A stretch of 64,000 bases of DNA from NCBI GenBank assembly GCA_024643985.1, contig JAHELW010000001.1, forward strand, positions 15,884-79,883, written 5' to 3'. The notes below the pieces were generated by a model, which saw only the letters and a list, made by a program, of their open reading frames with translations, searched no databases and was not told the DNA's origin. Position 1 is the stretch's first letter. Each line of letters starts with the position of its first letter. Both the position numbers and the translations under genes were made by a program. Source of the stretch: Myxococcales bacterium. Its GTDB lineage: Bacteria > Myxococcota_A > Polyangia > Polyangiales > Houyiibacteriaceae. Below, one piece after another: positions 53,536 through 61,732 of this stretch.

Positions 53536-54339
53536 GTGACCAACGCGGTTTGGGAGTTCCCTCTTTCCTTGCCAAGAAACGCCTTTACCGCACGTGAGGT
53601 TCCGCGTGCAGGCGACATCTGGCGGCTGTGCCAGGATGCGGCGACTTTGGCCTCGATCGGGGCGGGCTGGCCTCCGTCTCGATTCAGAACGGAGAAGGTC
53701 GCCTTCATCGTGTACCGCATGACGATGGTTCACGAGGCCCGCCCGCAGTATGGTACGGCTCTCGACGCGCAGACTTGGGTCTCTCGGCTCAGGCGACGGA
53801 CTCTATGCACACGAGAGGTTCGGATTCGAAGCGCGGGCACGCTCGTTGCCGCTGCAACGCAGGAGTGGGTCCACGTCGATTTCGAGACGCTCAAACCGAA
53901 GCAGGGAACCGAGGATACGGCCGCGGCATTTCCGGAAGCCGATCTCGGCGCCTCGGTGAAGATGCCGGCGTTCGAACCGCGACACGGCGCCGAAGATCAT
54001 TTCTCGTTCCAGATGTGGCAGACCTGGGCCGATCCGCTCGCGCACGCCAATCATCCGGCCTACGTGGACTGGTGTGACGAGGCGACGAGCCGGCGCATGC
54101 TCGGTGCGGGTATCGATCCCGTGCTCCTGGTACCGATCGCGGAGCGAGTGACATTCAAGAACGCCGTGCTGCCGGGCGAGCAAGTCGACGTCGAGACCCG
54201 GCGGATCGGTGCCTTGGGTACCGACGCGGTCGCGCTGGAACACGTGCTGCACACCCCGCGTGGCGTCGCTGCCGAGGCGGTGACGATTCGCGGCCTCGCG
54301 GAAACCAGCGGCGAGTCCCTGATTTCGGCCTGGGGATGA
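53536..54339 (+). CDS. acyl-ACP/acyl-CoA thioesterase-like protein (tandem hotdog)
   Basis: About 267 aa with two hotdog-like halves. The composition resembles the acyl-ACP thioesterase family. GTG start. The assignment comes from general layout only. Confidence 0.5.
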   Translation: MTNAVWEFPLSLPRNAFTAREVPRAGDIWRLCQDAATLASIGAGWPPSRFRTEKVAFIVYRMTMVHEARPQYGTALDAQTWVSRLRRRTLCTREVRIRSAGTLVAAATQEWVHVDFETLKPKQGTEDTAAAFPEADLGASVKMPAFEPRHGAEDHFSFQMWQTWADPLAHANHPAYVDWCDEATSRRMLGAGIDPVLLVPIAERVTFKNAVLPGEQVDVETRRIGALGTDAVALEHVLHTPRGVAAEAVTIRGLAETSGESLISAWG

Positions 54340-54356
54340 AAAGGAGGCCCTGAGTC

Positions 54357-55154
54357 ATGTGCACGCTCATCGTCCGCCATCAAATGGACGATTGGTGCTC
54401 GACGCTGATCGCCGCCAACAGGGACGAGTTCTATAGTCGTCCCGCCAGCGGCCCCACGGTGCTGAGCTCGTCGCCTCGCATCATTGGAGGCCGCGACGAG
54501 CGCGAAGGCGGCACGTGGCTCGCGTTCACCTCGGACGGGCTGTTCCTCGGTCTCACCAACCAACGAAGCTTCGGAACGCGCGACGATACGCTGCGCTCAC
54601 GCGGGACCTTGGTCGTCGAAGCCCTCGCGACCGGAAACTTCGACGGCGTGTTGCGGTACCTCGCCAGCTTGGATGCACGCGACTTCAACGAGTTCAACCT
54701 GATCTTCGGAAACGGCGTCGAGGCCTGTGCAGCGTACGGACGAAGAAGCAGCCGGACCGTCGAGCTCGAGGCCTTGGGGCAGGGCGTTCACGTGCTCTGC
54801 AACGATCGACTCGGCTCCCCGGAGTTTCCAAAGGCCGACGAGGCGCGTGCCAAAGTCGAATCGATTCCAGCGGGTCCTTGGTCCGAGGTGAAACCGAGGC
54901 TCGTCGAGGTGCTGAGCGATCGGTCCCTCCCGGACGCTGCTTCGCTGCCTCCTTTGCCCCCCGATGCCCCTTTCGACGCGGAGGTCGCCCGGCGCCTGCA
55001 GGCGATCTGCGTCAAGACCCCCGTTTATGGCACCGTCTCCGCGACGCTTGCGGGCGTCAGCCCCGGCCGGGTCGAGCAGTACGCCTTCTGCGCGGGGCCG
55101 CCGGACCTCGGGGTCTTCGAAGACGTCTCGCGTCTCATCCGCGCTGACGCATGA
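54357..55154 (+). CDS. NRDE / TANGO2 family protein
   Basis: Starts MCT (Cys2) and carries the family-defining NRDE motif (LIAANRDEFYSRP). Confidence 0.8.
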   Translation: MCTLIVRHQMDDWCSTLIAANRDEFYSRPASGPTVLSSSPRIIGGRDEREGGTWLAFTSDGLFLGLTNQRSFGTRDDTLRSRGTLVVEALATGNFDGVLRYLASLDARDFNEFNLIFGNGVEACAAYGRRSSRTVELEALGQGVHVLCNDRLGSPEFPKADEARAKVESIPAGPWSEVKPRLVEVLSDRSLPDAASLPPLPPDAPFDAEVARRLQAICVKTPVYGTVSATLAGVSPGRVEQYAFCAGPPDLGVFEDVSRLIRADA

Positions 55155-55755
55155 GCGCGACGGCGGCCTCTGCGGCTTCGTCCAAGCACTGGTCGAGCGT
55201 TCGGCCGCTCTTTTTGCGTGGCTTGAGGGAGTGGTCGCCGTCCTCGATCCACACGAGCTCGATCGCATTCGACAGCGCATAGCCGGCGACCTCTTCTCGG
55301 GTTCCAAACCGGTCCCTCGTTCCTTGCACGATTCGCGTCGGCGTCCGAAGGTCCGCGAGGTGTGCGGTTCGGAGGTTCGTCGGCTTTCCGGGAGGGTGAA
55401 ACGGGTAGCCCAAGCAGAGAAGCCCCGCGACGCCCGCCTCGTCCGCGATCATCGAGGCGATGCGGCCGCCCATCGACTTTCCACCGATCACGAGCTCGCG
55501 CGGGGGCCCCACTCCCGCCATGGCTTCTTCGAAACGCGCGACGAGCTTTGGCGACCGGTCGGGCCCGCGCCGCTTGCCGTCCTCGCGCCGCTTCGCCATG
55601 TAGTCGAACTCGAATCGGATCACCTCGAAGCCTCGCGCTGCGACCCGCTCCGCAATCGCATTCATGAAGTCCGAGTCCATCGGTGCTCCTGCGCCGTGGG
55701 CGAGCAGCAGCCGCGGCGTCGAAGGAGGCCCGTTCTTCAGGAAGCTGATCACCAT
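55135..55755 (-). CDS. alpha/beta hydrolase (KANL3/Tex30-like, dienelactone-hydrolase-type)
   Basis: LLLAHGAGAPMDSDFM, nucleophile GGKSMGGR, 206 aa. RBS GAGG lies 4 nt before the ATG. Confidence 0.7.
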   Translation of the reverse strand: MVISFLKNGPPSTPRLLLAHGAGAPMDSDFMNAIAERVAARGFEVIRFEFDYMAKRREDGKRRGPDRSPKLVARFEEAMAGVGPPRELVIGGKSMGGRIASMIADEAGVAGLLCLGYPFHPPGKPTNLRTAHLADLRTPTRIVQGTRDRFGTREEVAGYALSNAIELVWIEDGDHSLKPRKKSGRTLDQCLDEAAEAAVALMRQRG

Positions 55756-55762
55756 CGCCTCG

Positions 55763-55780
55763 AAAAGGGGTCTGACCCCT
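55763..55780 (-). repeat. copy 1 of the palindrome (GGGGTCTGACCCC, inverted centre), 8-12 nt upstream of the hydrolase RBS
   Basis: AAAAGGGGTCTGACCCCT. The minus strand reads GGGGTCAGACCCCTTTT, followed by the GAGG RBS and ATG 55755. Confidence 0.7.
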
Positions 55781-55847
55781 CCCGCGAAGGGTCAGTCGTT
55801 GGATTTACTCAACGTTTCCGAGTGTATCCGCGTTTCCGCGAGAGGGA

Positions 55848-55866
55848 AAAAGGGGTCAGACCCCCA
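55848..55866 (-). repeat. copy 2 of the GGGGTCAGACCCC palindrome (terminator-like on the minus strand)
   Basis: GGGAAAAAGGGGTCAGACCCCC. The minus strand reads GGGGGTCTGACCCCTTTTT. It shares the flanking TTCCGCGAG...GGAAAA context with copy 3. Confidence 0.7.
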
Positions 55867-55942
55867 TATAAAAAGACATAAATGGGGCTAACTCTTGCTT
55901 TGCTCGGCGGTTTCGCATGACCTCGTGCTTCCGCGAGCTCGG

Positions 55943-55965
55943 AAAAGGGGTCAGACCCCTTTTTC
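55943..55965 (-). terminator. intrinsic terminator-like hairpin (copy 3 of the GGGGTC-N-GACCCC palindrome), 12 nt after the Kazal gene stop
   Basis: AAAAGGGGTCAGACCCCTTTT is a 10+1+10 palindrome. T-runs follow the stem on both strands. Confidence 0.6.
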
Positions 55966-55975
55966 GTCTTTTTCG

Positions 55976-56818
55976 TTAGTTGCAGGGGGCGGTCTTTTTG
56001 ACCGAGACGCCGGCTGCGTGGGCGGAGCAGAGATTGCTGTAGGTCTTGCCATCGCAGCCGCAGACCGGATCGTAGTTGGCGGTGCAGGCCTGTGGGCGAG
56101 GCTGGCACGTGCCCGGCTTGTTCGTACTTCCGCACTTGGCCTGGGGGGCGTACTTGCAGAACAATCCCGTGGCGCATGCGCCGTGTCCGGGGGCGCCACA
56201 CGTCGAGCCCACCCCGCCCGCGGCCGCCTTCGCCTGATCCTGGCAGAGGCCGCGATGCCGTATCGCGGCGCCATGGGAGTGCGCGACGCAGTCGTTGCTG
56301 TAGTTGCGACCGTCGCAGCCGCAAACGGGCGCCCACTCCTTGGTGCACACCTTCGGCCGTCGAACACATTCGCCCGGGCCCGACTGCTCCCCACAGAACT
56401 GGGCCTCGCTGTAGTTGCAGAAAAAGCCCTGCGCACACGCGGCGACCTCGCCCCCTTCGCCGCAGCTCCCGGGCGGTGCGCCGGGCACGCCGCTCGCGCA
56501 CTCACCGCCATGCCGCGGCGAGACCCCATGCGAGTGCGCCACGCAGATGTTCACGTACGTTCGTCCGTCGCAGCCGCAGACCGGACTGTAGTCTTTTGTG
56601 CAGGTCGTCGGCATCGGGAAACAAGCGCCGTTTGCTCCGGTCTCGCCGCACTCGGCGCTCGGGCCGTAGTGGCACACGAAACCCTCGTCGCAGGTCGCTC
56701 CGGGAGCGCGGCTGCATTCACCGCCCGGCCGATCCGGATAGCGAGCCGGCTCGCCGCTCTTGGCACATGAGAGGATGAGGCCAAGCCACAAAGCAAAGAA
56801 GAACGTGAAGCGCGTCAT
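55976..56818 (-). CDS. secreted lipoprotein with three follistatin-like (Cys-rich + Kazal) modules
   Basis: Lipobox LILSC. Three repeats end in Kazal cores: CTKDYSPVCGCDGRTYVNICVAHSHG, CTKEWAPVCGCDGRNYSNDCVAHSHG, CTANYDPVCGCDGKTYSNLCSAHAAG. Each is preceded by a CxxGxxCxY...CG...G.C module. Confidence 0.85.
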   Translation of the reverse strand: MTRFTFFFALWLGLILSCAKSGEPARYPDRPGGECSRAPGATCDEGFVCHYGPSAECGETGANGACFPMPTTCTKDYSPVCGCDGRTYVNICVAHSHGVSPRHGGECASGVPGAPPGSCGEGGEVAACAQGFFCNYSEAQFCGEQSGPGECVRRPKVCTKEWAPVCGCDGRNYSNDCVAHSHGAAIRHRGLCQDQAKAAAGGVGSTCGAPGHGACATGLFCKYAPQAKCGSTNKPGTCQPRPQACTANYDPVCGCDGKTYSNLCSAHAAGVSVKKTAPCN

Positions 56819-56988
56819 GAACCTTAGGTATCCCTGAAGCCGAGTGCGAGCAAGCGGTTGACCAAGTCCCATCGCGGGCCTCGGGCCCCGGGCCTACGGT
56901 CGCGGGCCAGAGACCGCGTCCGCGACACTCGGGCCCGAGACCCGAGGCCCTCGGCCCTGGGCCCGAGTCTATGGATACGACGGCGGAG

Positions 56989-57816
56989 TCAGCCTTCGCC
57001 GGAGAGCAGGGCGTTCACCAGCAGCGGGACCAGCTCGCCTGCGGTGCCCGGCAAAAAGGCGCCTTTGCCGGTGCGGCGGACGAGCTCGCTGAACGGGTTC
57101 GGCTCCGGGTTGACCACTAGCATCGGGACGCCGCGCTGCGCTGCGATCGTTCCGATGTGCATTGGGAGCGACGTCCCGCCGGTCGTTCCGACCACGATGA
57201 CGAGTGACGCCAAGCGCGCCGCCTCGATCGAGCTCTGAAACCGGAAGTTGGGCTCGTCGTAGCTCTCGTCGAACCAAAGGACGTGAGGCCGGCCCGCGGC
57301 GCCGCACGAGGGACATCGCAACAGCTCGCGCTCCCGCTCGCCGAGCGGACGCCCTTTTTCCCACCGAACGTCGATTGCGTCAGGTACCGAAACCGGCGCT
57401 TCGAGGCACTCGCGCGAGCACCGCATGAAGTCGATGTTGCCGTGGATCTGGTACGTGCGGTCGAGCGTGTTGCCGGCCCGCACATGGAGCCCGTCCACGT
57501 TTTGCGTCACGAGTAGAAAGTCGTCCCCCGCGCGCTGCTCCGCGCGGGCGAGCGCACGATGAGCCGCGTTGGGCTGAGCGCTTCGACAGACCGAGCGCCG
57601 ATAGAGGTACCAGGCCCAGATCTCGTCAGGCATCTCGCGAAACGCCCTCATGGTCGCCATTTCCTCAGGCTGGTAGTTCTGGGAGCCGACGCGCCAGTAG
57701 CCCTCCTTGCCGCGGAAGGTCGGAATGCCGCTCTCCGCAGAGATCCCCGCCCCGGTCAGCCACAGGACGAGACCCCGGGTGTGTCGCAATAGCTCTCGTA
57801 CCGGCGGATCGAGCAT
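56989..57816 (-). CDS. cobB: NAD-dependent protein deacylase (Sir2/CobB family)
   Basis: GAGISAESGIPTFRG, the catalytic His in QIHGN, the Zn site C..C...C..C, and VVGTTG. Confidence 0.9.
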   Translation of the reverse strand: MLDPPVRELLRHTRGLVLWLTGAGISAESGIPTFRGKEGYWRVGSQNYQPEEMATMRAFREMPDEIWAWYLYRRSVCRSAQPNAAHRALARAEQRAGDDFLLVTQNVDGLHVRAGNTLDRTYQIHGNIDFMRCSRECLEAPVSVPDAIDVRWEKGRPLGERERELLRCPSCGAAGRPHVLWFDESYDEPNFRFQSSIEAARLASLVIVVGTTGGTSLPMHIGTIAAQRGVPMLVVNPEPNPFSELVRRTGKGAFLPGTAGELVPLLVNALLSGEG

Positions 57817-57921
57817 TGACGTGGAGGTACCCTAGCAGCGGGACGGGAGCCACTGGGCGCTCAATTAATGAGGGCCGGCCCATTTCGAGCCGGCCCTCTC
57901 CCGTTCGTTTGCCCGTTCTGT

Positions 57922-59220
57922 CTAGTTGCTGATGTAGGCGGTGAAACCGAAGATGACCGCGTGGTTGTGCCTGCGATCCGGGGAACCCACTTCCCCCGTC
58001 GTCGGGTCGAGCGCGGCTCGCGAGTAGTAGATGCGGTTTTCCTTGGACGTCCACTCGCCTCGATACTCGATGCTGAGCACGAGATACTGGACCGGCTTGT
58101 AGCGCAGCGTCGCCGTGCCCGTCGCGAGGAACGGCTCGCCCGTGGCAAGACGGTACTGCTCGTTGCCGCTCAAATGCTCGCCGCGGAGGCCGATCGAAAT
58201 CGTGTCGCTCGCGTCGAAAATGAGCTGGAGGCTGTGACCGTACGCAATCAACAGGCTCCCATCGCCGAGACCAGCGCTGGGGGTCGTTTGGTAGTCGCCG
58301 TTGGCGATGAGCGTAAACTTCCCCGCGCTTGCGGTGAGCACCCAGTCGAAGAAGTTTTCCCAGTTCTTGTTGTCGAAGTCGTTCCCGGCGCCATGCTGTC
58401 CGCCGATGTAGAGCCCGACGTCGTCGAAGCCGAAAGCAAACTGCCAGCCGAGCGTCGGAGTCGCGTTGTTGTCGACCGGGGTACCGCCGAGCACGCCGCC
58501 GTTGGTGACTAGGAGCGTGAAGCCGACCGTGTCGTTGAGTGCAAACGCGGATCGAATGCCCATGTGGTTGAAGGGCTGCCGATTGAAGTAGAGCGCGCCG
58601 CGCGTGAAGTTGGCGTTGTTCCATTCGTCAACGACCTCGCCACCAAAAACGGTGTCGAAGAAGCCGAAGTCGATCGTCACTTTGTCGTGTGGCATCCACG
58701 AGACGAAACCCTGCTTCAAACCCCCGAAGCCAGAGGCTGAGATCGGGGTCAACAGAGCGGCTCCCTCGCCGAAGCGAAGGTCGATACGAATCGCAAACTT
58801 CTTACCGGTGTACTGGAAGTCACCGCCGACGAAGTTCAGGCCGAAGCCGTTGTAGTTCGTGTACGGGTAGCCGAGAGAGTTGTACTGCCCGGGGAGGACG
58901 CCACTACCACGCCCCTGTGCGGACCCGATCCCGTCGTCGATGTAGCCGCTGATCCGATAAAAGGCGCTCGCCATCGCCATCCAGCTGATGTTTTCCTTGG
59001 CTGGATGGGCCCCCTCTTCGGGCGCTCCCATGTCGTCGGCAGCGACCTTTGGCGACTCCGGCATCTCTTCAAGGGCTGGCGTCGCAGGCGCGTCGGCGGT
59101 CGTCGCCTCGACCGCGCCCATCTCTTCGTCCTCTTCGACCTTGGGCGATTCTGGTTGGGCAATCGCCATCGCGGGGAATGCCAAACTGCACATCACCGCC
59201 AGTGAAAGAAACTTCTTCAT
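57922..59220 (-). CDS. putative outer-membrane beta-barrel porin (downstream of amt)
   Basis: Signal peptide MKKFLSLAVMCSLAFPAMA, an acidic linker, then an alternating aromatic/Gly-rich beta-strand pattern. ATG at 59220. Confidence 0.6.
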   Translation of the reverse strand: MKKFLSLAVMCSLAFPAMAIAQPESPKVEEDEEMGAVEATTADAPATPALEEMPESPKVAADDMGAPEEGAHPAKENISWMAMASAFYRISGYIDDGIGSAQGRGSGVLPGQYNSLGYPYTNYNGFGLNFVGGDFQYTGKKFAIRIDLRFGEGAALLTPISASGFGGLKQGFVSWMPHDKVTIDFGFFDTVFGGEVVDEWNNANFTRGALYFNRQPFNHMGIRSAFALNDTVGFTLLVTNGGVLGGTPVDNNATPTLGWQFAFGFDDVGLYIGGQHGAGNDFDNKNWENFFDWVLTASAGKFTLIANGDYQTTPSAGLGDGSLLIAYGHSLQLIFDASDTISIGLRGEHLSGNEQYRLATGEPFLATGTATLRYKPVQYLVLSIEYRGEWTSKENRIYYSRAALDPTTGEVGSPDRRHNHAVIFGFTAYISN

Positions 59221-59352
59221 AACACTACCTCCACTCCAGCGTGCCTCCACGCTCGAAACTTTTTGATTCACACAGTCCTTGATTGAACGAAAAAAGGTAG
59301 AGAAGAGGGGCGAGGCAGACCGGGGAGCCACCCCACCCCTCCTCTCGGAGCA

Positions 59353-60651
59353 CTACTCTGCGGGGGCAGCCGCCATGGCGGTTGCTCCCACCTCGATTCC
59401 ACTGAGCTCTTCGTTGTAGGCTTCGACGCCGCACTCGGCGATGTCGAGACCTTCGAGCTCGTGCGCTTCGGAGACACGGACGCCGCCGGGCACGAGGAAC
59501 TTGAGCGCGAGCCAGACGATCGCGCCCACGAAGAACGCGAACGCAACGCCCGCAAGCGCTCCCATGGTCTGAATGCCGAGCTGCGAGGCACCGCCGCCCA
59601 CGAGAAGGCCCATCGGCTCTTCGATGGTGGCTGCGTTGCCGTAGCCGACGAGGCCGACGGCCATCGTGCCGAAGATCCCGCAGATGCCGTGAACCGTGAT
59701 CGCGCCCACCGGGTCGTCGATCTTCATCTTGTCGAGAAGAAGGACACCCTCGACGACGATCACGCCGGCGACGAGGCCGACCACGATCGACCATCCGCCC
59801 GTGATGTTGTAGCAACCCGCGGTGATGCCCACGAGCCCCGCGAGGGCGCCGTTCAGCGCCATCGAGAGGTCGAGCATGCCGCTGCGAATCTTGATCCAGA
59901 TCAGCGCACCGATGAAGCCCGCCGACGCGGCCAGGTTGGTCACGAGGACGATGCGGCCGACCTCGGCGTCGATGGCGAGCTCGGAGCCGCCGTTGAAGCC
60001 GAACCAGCCGAGCCAGAGAATCAGCACGCCGAGCGCGGCAAGCGGGAAGCTGTGCGCGGGCATCGGCTTCACCGAGCCGTCCGCCTGATACTTCCCGAGA
60101 CGCGGCCCGATGATCATCGCGCCTGCGAGCGCCATTCCGCCGCCAACGCCATGGACGACCGTGCTGCCGGCGAAGTCGACGAAGCCCATCTCCGAGAGCC
60201 AACCGCCGCCCCAGACCCAGTGGCCGACGACCGGATAGATGATCATCGTGGCGATCGCCGTGAAGACGAAGAACGTCAGAAGCCGTCCTCGCTCCGCGAT
60301 TGCACCGGACACGATGGTGCAGGCCGTCGCCGCAAACACCAGCTGGAAGAAGAGGAAGACGTAGGGGGGAAGGTCCGCGTCTGCGCCTCCGTTGTTCGGG
60401 AAGAAGCTGGCAAGCCCCACGAAGGCGTTGCCTTCGCCGAACATCACGCCGTAGCCCACCAAAAAGAAGACGATTGAAGAAATCCCGACGACACCGAAGT
60501 TCTTCATCAGCACCATAACCGCGTTCTTTCTGCGGCAAAACCCGCTCTCCACGAGAGCAAACCCTGCGTGCATGAAGAATACGAGTGCGGCGCTAACGAG
60601 AACCCACAATGCGTTGGCATACGTTGTCAGTTCCGAAAGTTGTTCTTCCAT
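59353..60651 (-). CDS. amt: ammonium transporter
   Basis: Amt/MEP signatures including the twin-His regions (STVVHGVGG; AITVHGICGIFG). ATG 60651 is preceded by AAGAGG. Confidence 0.92.
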   Translation of the reverse strand: MEEQLSELTTYANALWVLVSAALVFFMHAGFALVESGFCRRKNAVMVLMKNFGVVGISSIVFFLVGYGVMFGEGNAFVGLASFFPNNGGADADLPPYVFLFFQLVFAATACTIVSGAIAERGRLLTFFVFTAIATMIIYPVVGHWVWGGGWLSEMGFVDFAGSTVVHGVGGGMALAGAMIIGPRLGKYQADGSVKPMPAHSFPLAALGVLILWLGWFGFNGGSELAIDAEVGRIVLVTNLAASAGFIGALIWIKIRSGMLDLSMALNGALAGLVGITAGCYNITGGWSIVVGLVAGVIVVEGVLLLDKMKIDDPVGAITVHGICGIFGTMAVGLVGYGNAATIEEPMGLLVGGGASQLGIQTMGALAGVAFAFFVGAIVWLALKFLVPGGVRVSEAHELEGLDIAECGVEAYNEELSGIEVGATAMAAAPAE

Positions 60652-60747
60652 GATCTTGCACCTCTTAGTCATGGCCGCGGCGCACCCTCGGCAGCGGCAC
60701 GGGGGGATCTATGGACGCGCTGTATTTCCGGTGTGTTTCGCCGAGAA

Positions 60748-60768
60748 ATCGGTTTGGGAAAAACCGAT
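60748..60768. promoter_or_regulatory. inverted repeat about 100 bp upstream of amt (candidate regulator site)
   Basis: ATCGGTTT-GGGAA-AAACCGAT. Confidence 0.3.
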
Positions 60769-60818
60769 CCCAATATCCGCGAGTTGCGCCCGTAGGGGCC
60801 GGGCCACATGCTCGTTTC

Positions 60819-61712
60819 GTGGGTGGTTTCCCGCATTTGGCTTACGGAACGCCCCGTAAGCTGCCCAAGCCGGAGAGCCTCCCGGGGCGCGTCGTCGTGC
60901 TCGACGTGGCGTTTGCGGCCAACGCGGGGGGCGCCAGCTACGAGAAAACCACGCTGCCGTTCATCGAGGGACTGGGGGACCGCCTGGCGATGTGGGTCGA
61001 CCACCACGACCACGAGCGGCACGCCGATTTCAACTCGGATCCGCGTTTCGTCCTTCGAACGAAGGCCGAGCACGGAGCGTGTCCGGAGATGGTCACGCCG
61101 GAGCGAGTGGAAGCGGCAGGTCCCATCGACACGATTTGCTGCCACGTCGATTTCGACGGTCTTTGCTCGGCAGCCAAATGGATCCGCGGCGGCGTCGAGC
61201 CGTACGAAGGCGCGGATGACGACGCGCGTGCCATCGACACGCGTTTGGGCGAGCCGAGCGAGCGGGCTCGAGTCCTCGACCGTGCGCTTCGCGCGAGGCC
61301 CCGGGACGAAGCGCTCCGCGGTCTCATGGTGCGCTATCTCGCCGACGGAGCTTCGGACGCCGCGATCTACCGCGAGTTCCAGCGGGCCGCCGAGGCGCTC
61401 GAGGGGATGGAGCGCGAGGCAAAGCGGCTCTCCGCGCGCTACGAGGTGCGCGAGGGCCTCGCGATCTGCGATGCGACGCGACGCGAAGGTCCGTATGACA
61501 AGACGGAGCTGTTGCTGATCGGGCAGCGCCTCGCCCCGATCTCCCTCGTTCACGACGAAACCACCGTGACCGTCGCCGCTCGATTCGATAGCGGCATCGA
61601 CCTGGTCCGGGCTCTCGGCCTCAACGGTGGAATGCCGACTCGCGTGAGCGTCGCGGCCAAGAAGCTCGACGAGGTCATCGCGGTTTTGGCGGGTTTCGAG
61701 GCCGCCCGCTGA
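60819..61712 (+). CDS. hypothetical protein (His/Asp-rich WVDHHDHERH block; no family assigned)
   Basis: Long ORF with coding-like composition. The start is uncertain (GTG 60819, TTG 60837 or ATG 60711). Confidence 0.45.
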   Translation: MGGFPHLAYGTPRKLPKPESLPGRVVVLDVAFAANAGGASYEKTTLPFIEGLGDRLAMWVDHHDHERHADFNSDPRFVLRTKAEHGACPEMVTPERVEAAGPIDTICCHVDFDGLCSAAKWIRGGVEPYEGADDDARAIDTRLGEPSERARVLDRALRARPRDEALRGLMVRYLADGASDAAIYREFQRAAEALEGMEREAKRLSARYEVREGLAICDATRREGPYDKTELLLIGQRLAPISLVHDETTVTVAARFDSGIDLVRALGLNGGMPTRVSVAAKKLDEVIAVLAGFEAAR

Positions 61713-61732
61713 GGGGCTATACTGCGAACAGC

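Noticed and set aside
55809-56501. Track ORFs reading KGSDPF / RGQTPF / EKGVRPP across the 55.76-55.98 kb region
   Set aside because: These peptides are translations of the GGGGTCAGACCCC palindromic repeat in different frames, not genes.
56928-56967. GC-rich hairpin (CTCGGGCCC-N22-GGGCCCGAG, including the 12-bp palindrome CTCGGGCCCGAG) downstream of cobB as an intrinsic terminator
   Set aside because: No U-run follows the stem on the transcribed strand and the loop is long. It could be a structure, but there is not enough evidence to call it a terminator.
56989-57816. Sir2-domain protein as a possible anti-phage defence gene (Thoeris/DSR-like)
   Set aside because: Its size (275 aa), intact Zn-ribbon and CobB-type motifs indicate a housekeeping deacylase. 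There is no SLOG, TIR or other effector partner nearby.
60652-60818. Sigma-54 promoter upstream of amt
   Set aside because: Reading the minus strand by eye, I found no TGGCAC-N5-TTGC-like element. The nearest candidates (TGGCCCGGCCCC..., TGGGATCGGTTTTTCC) fail the -12 GC spacing.
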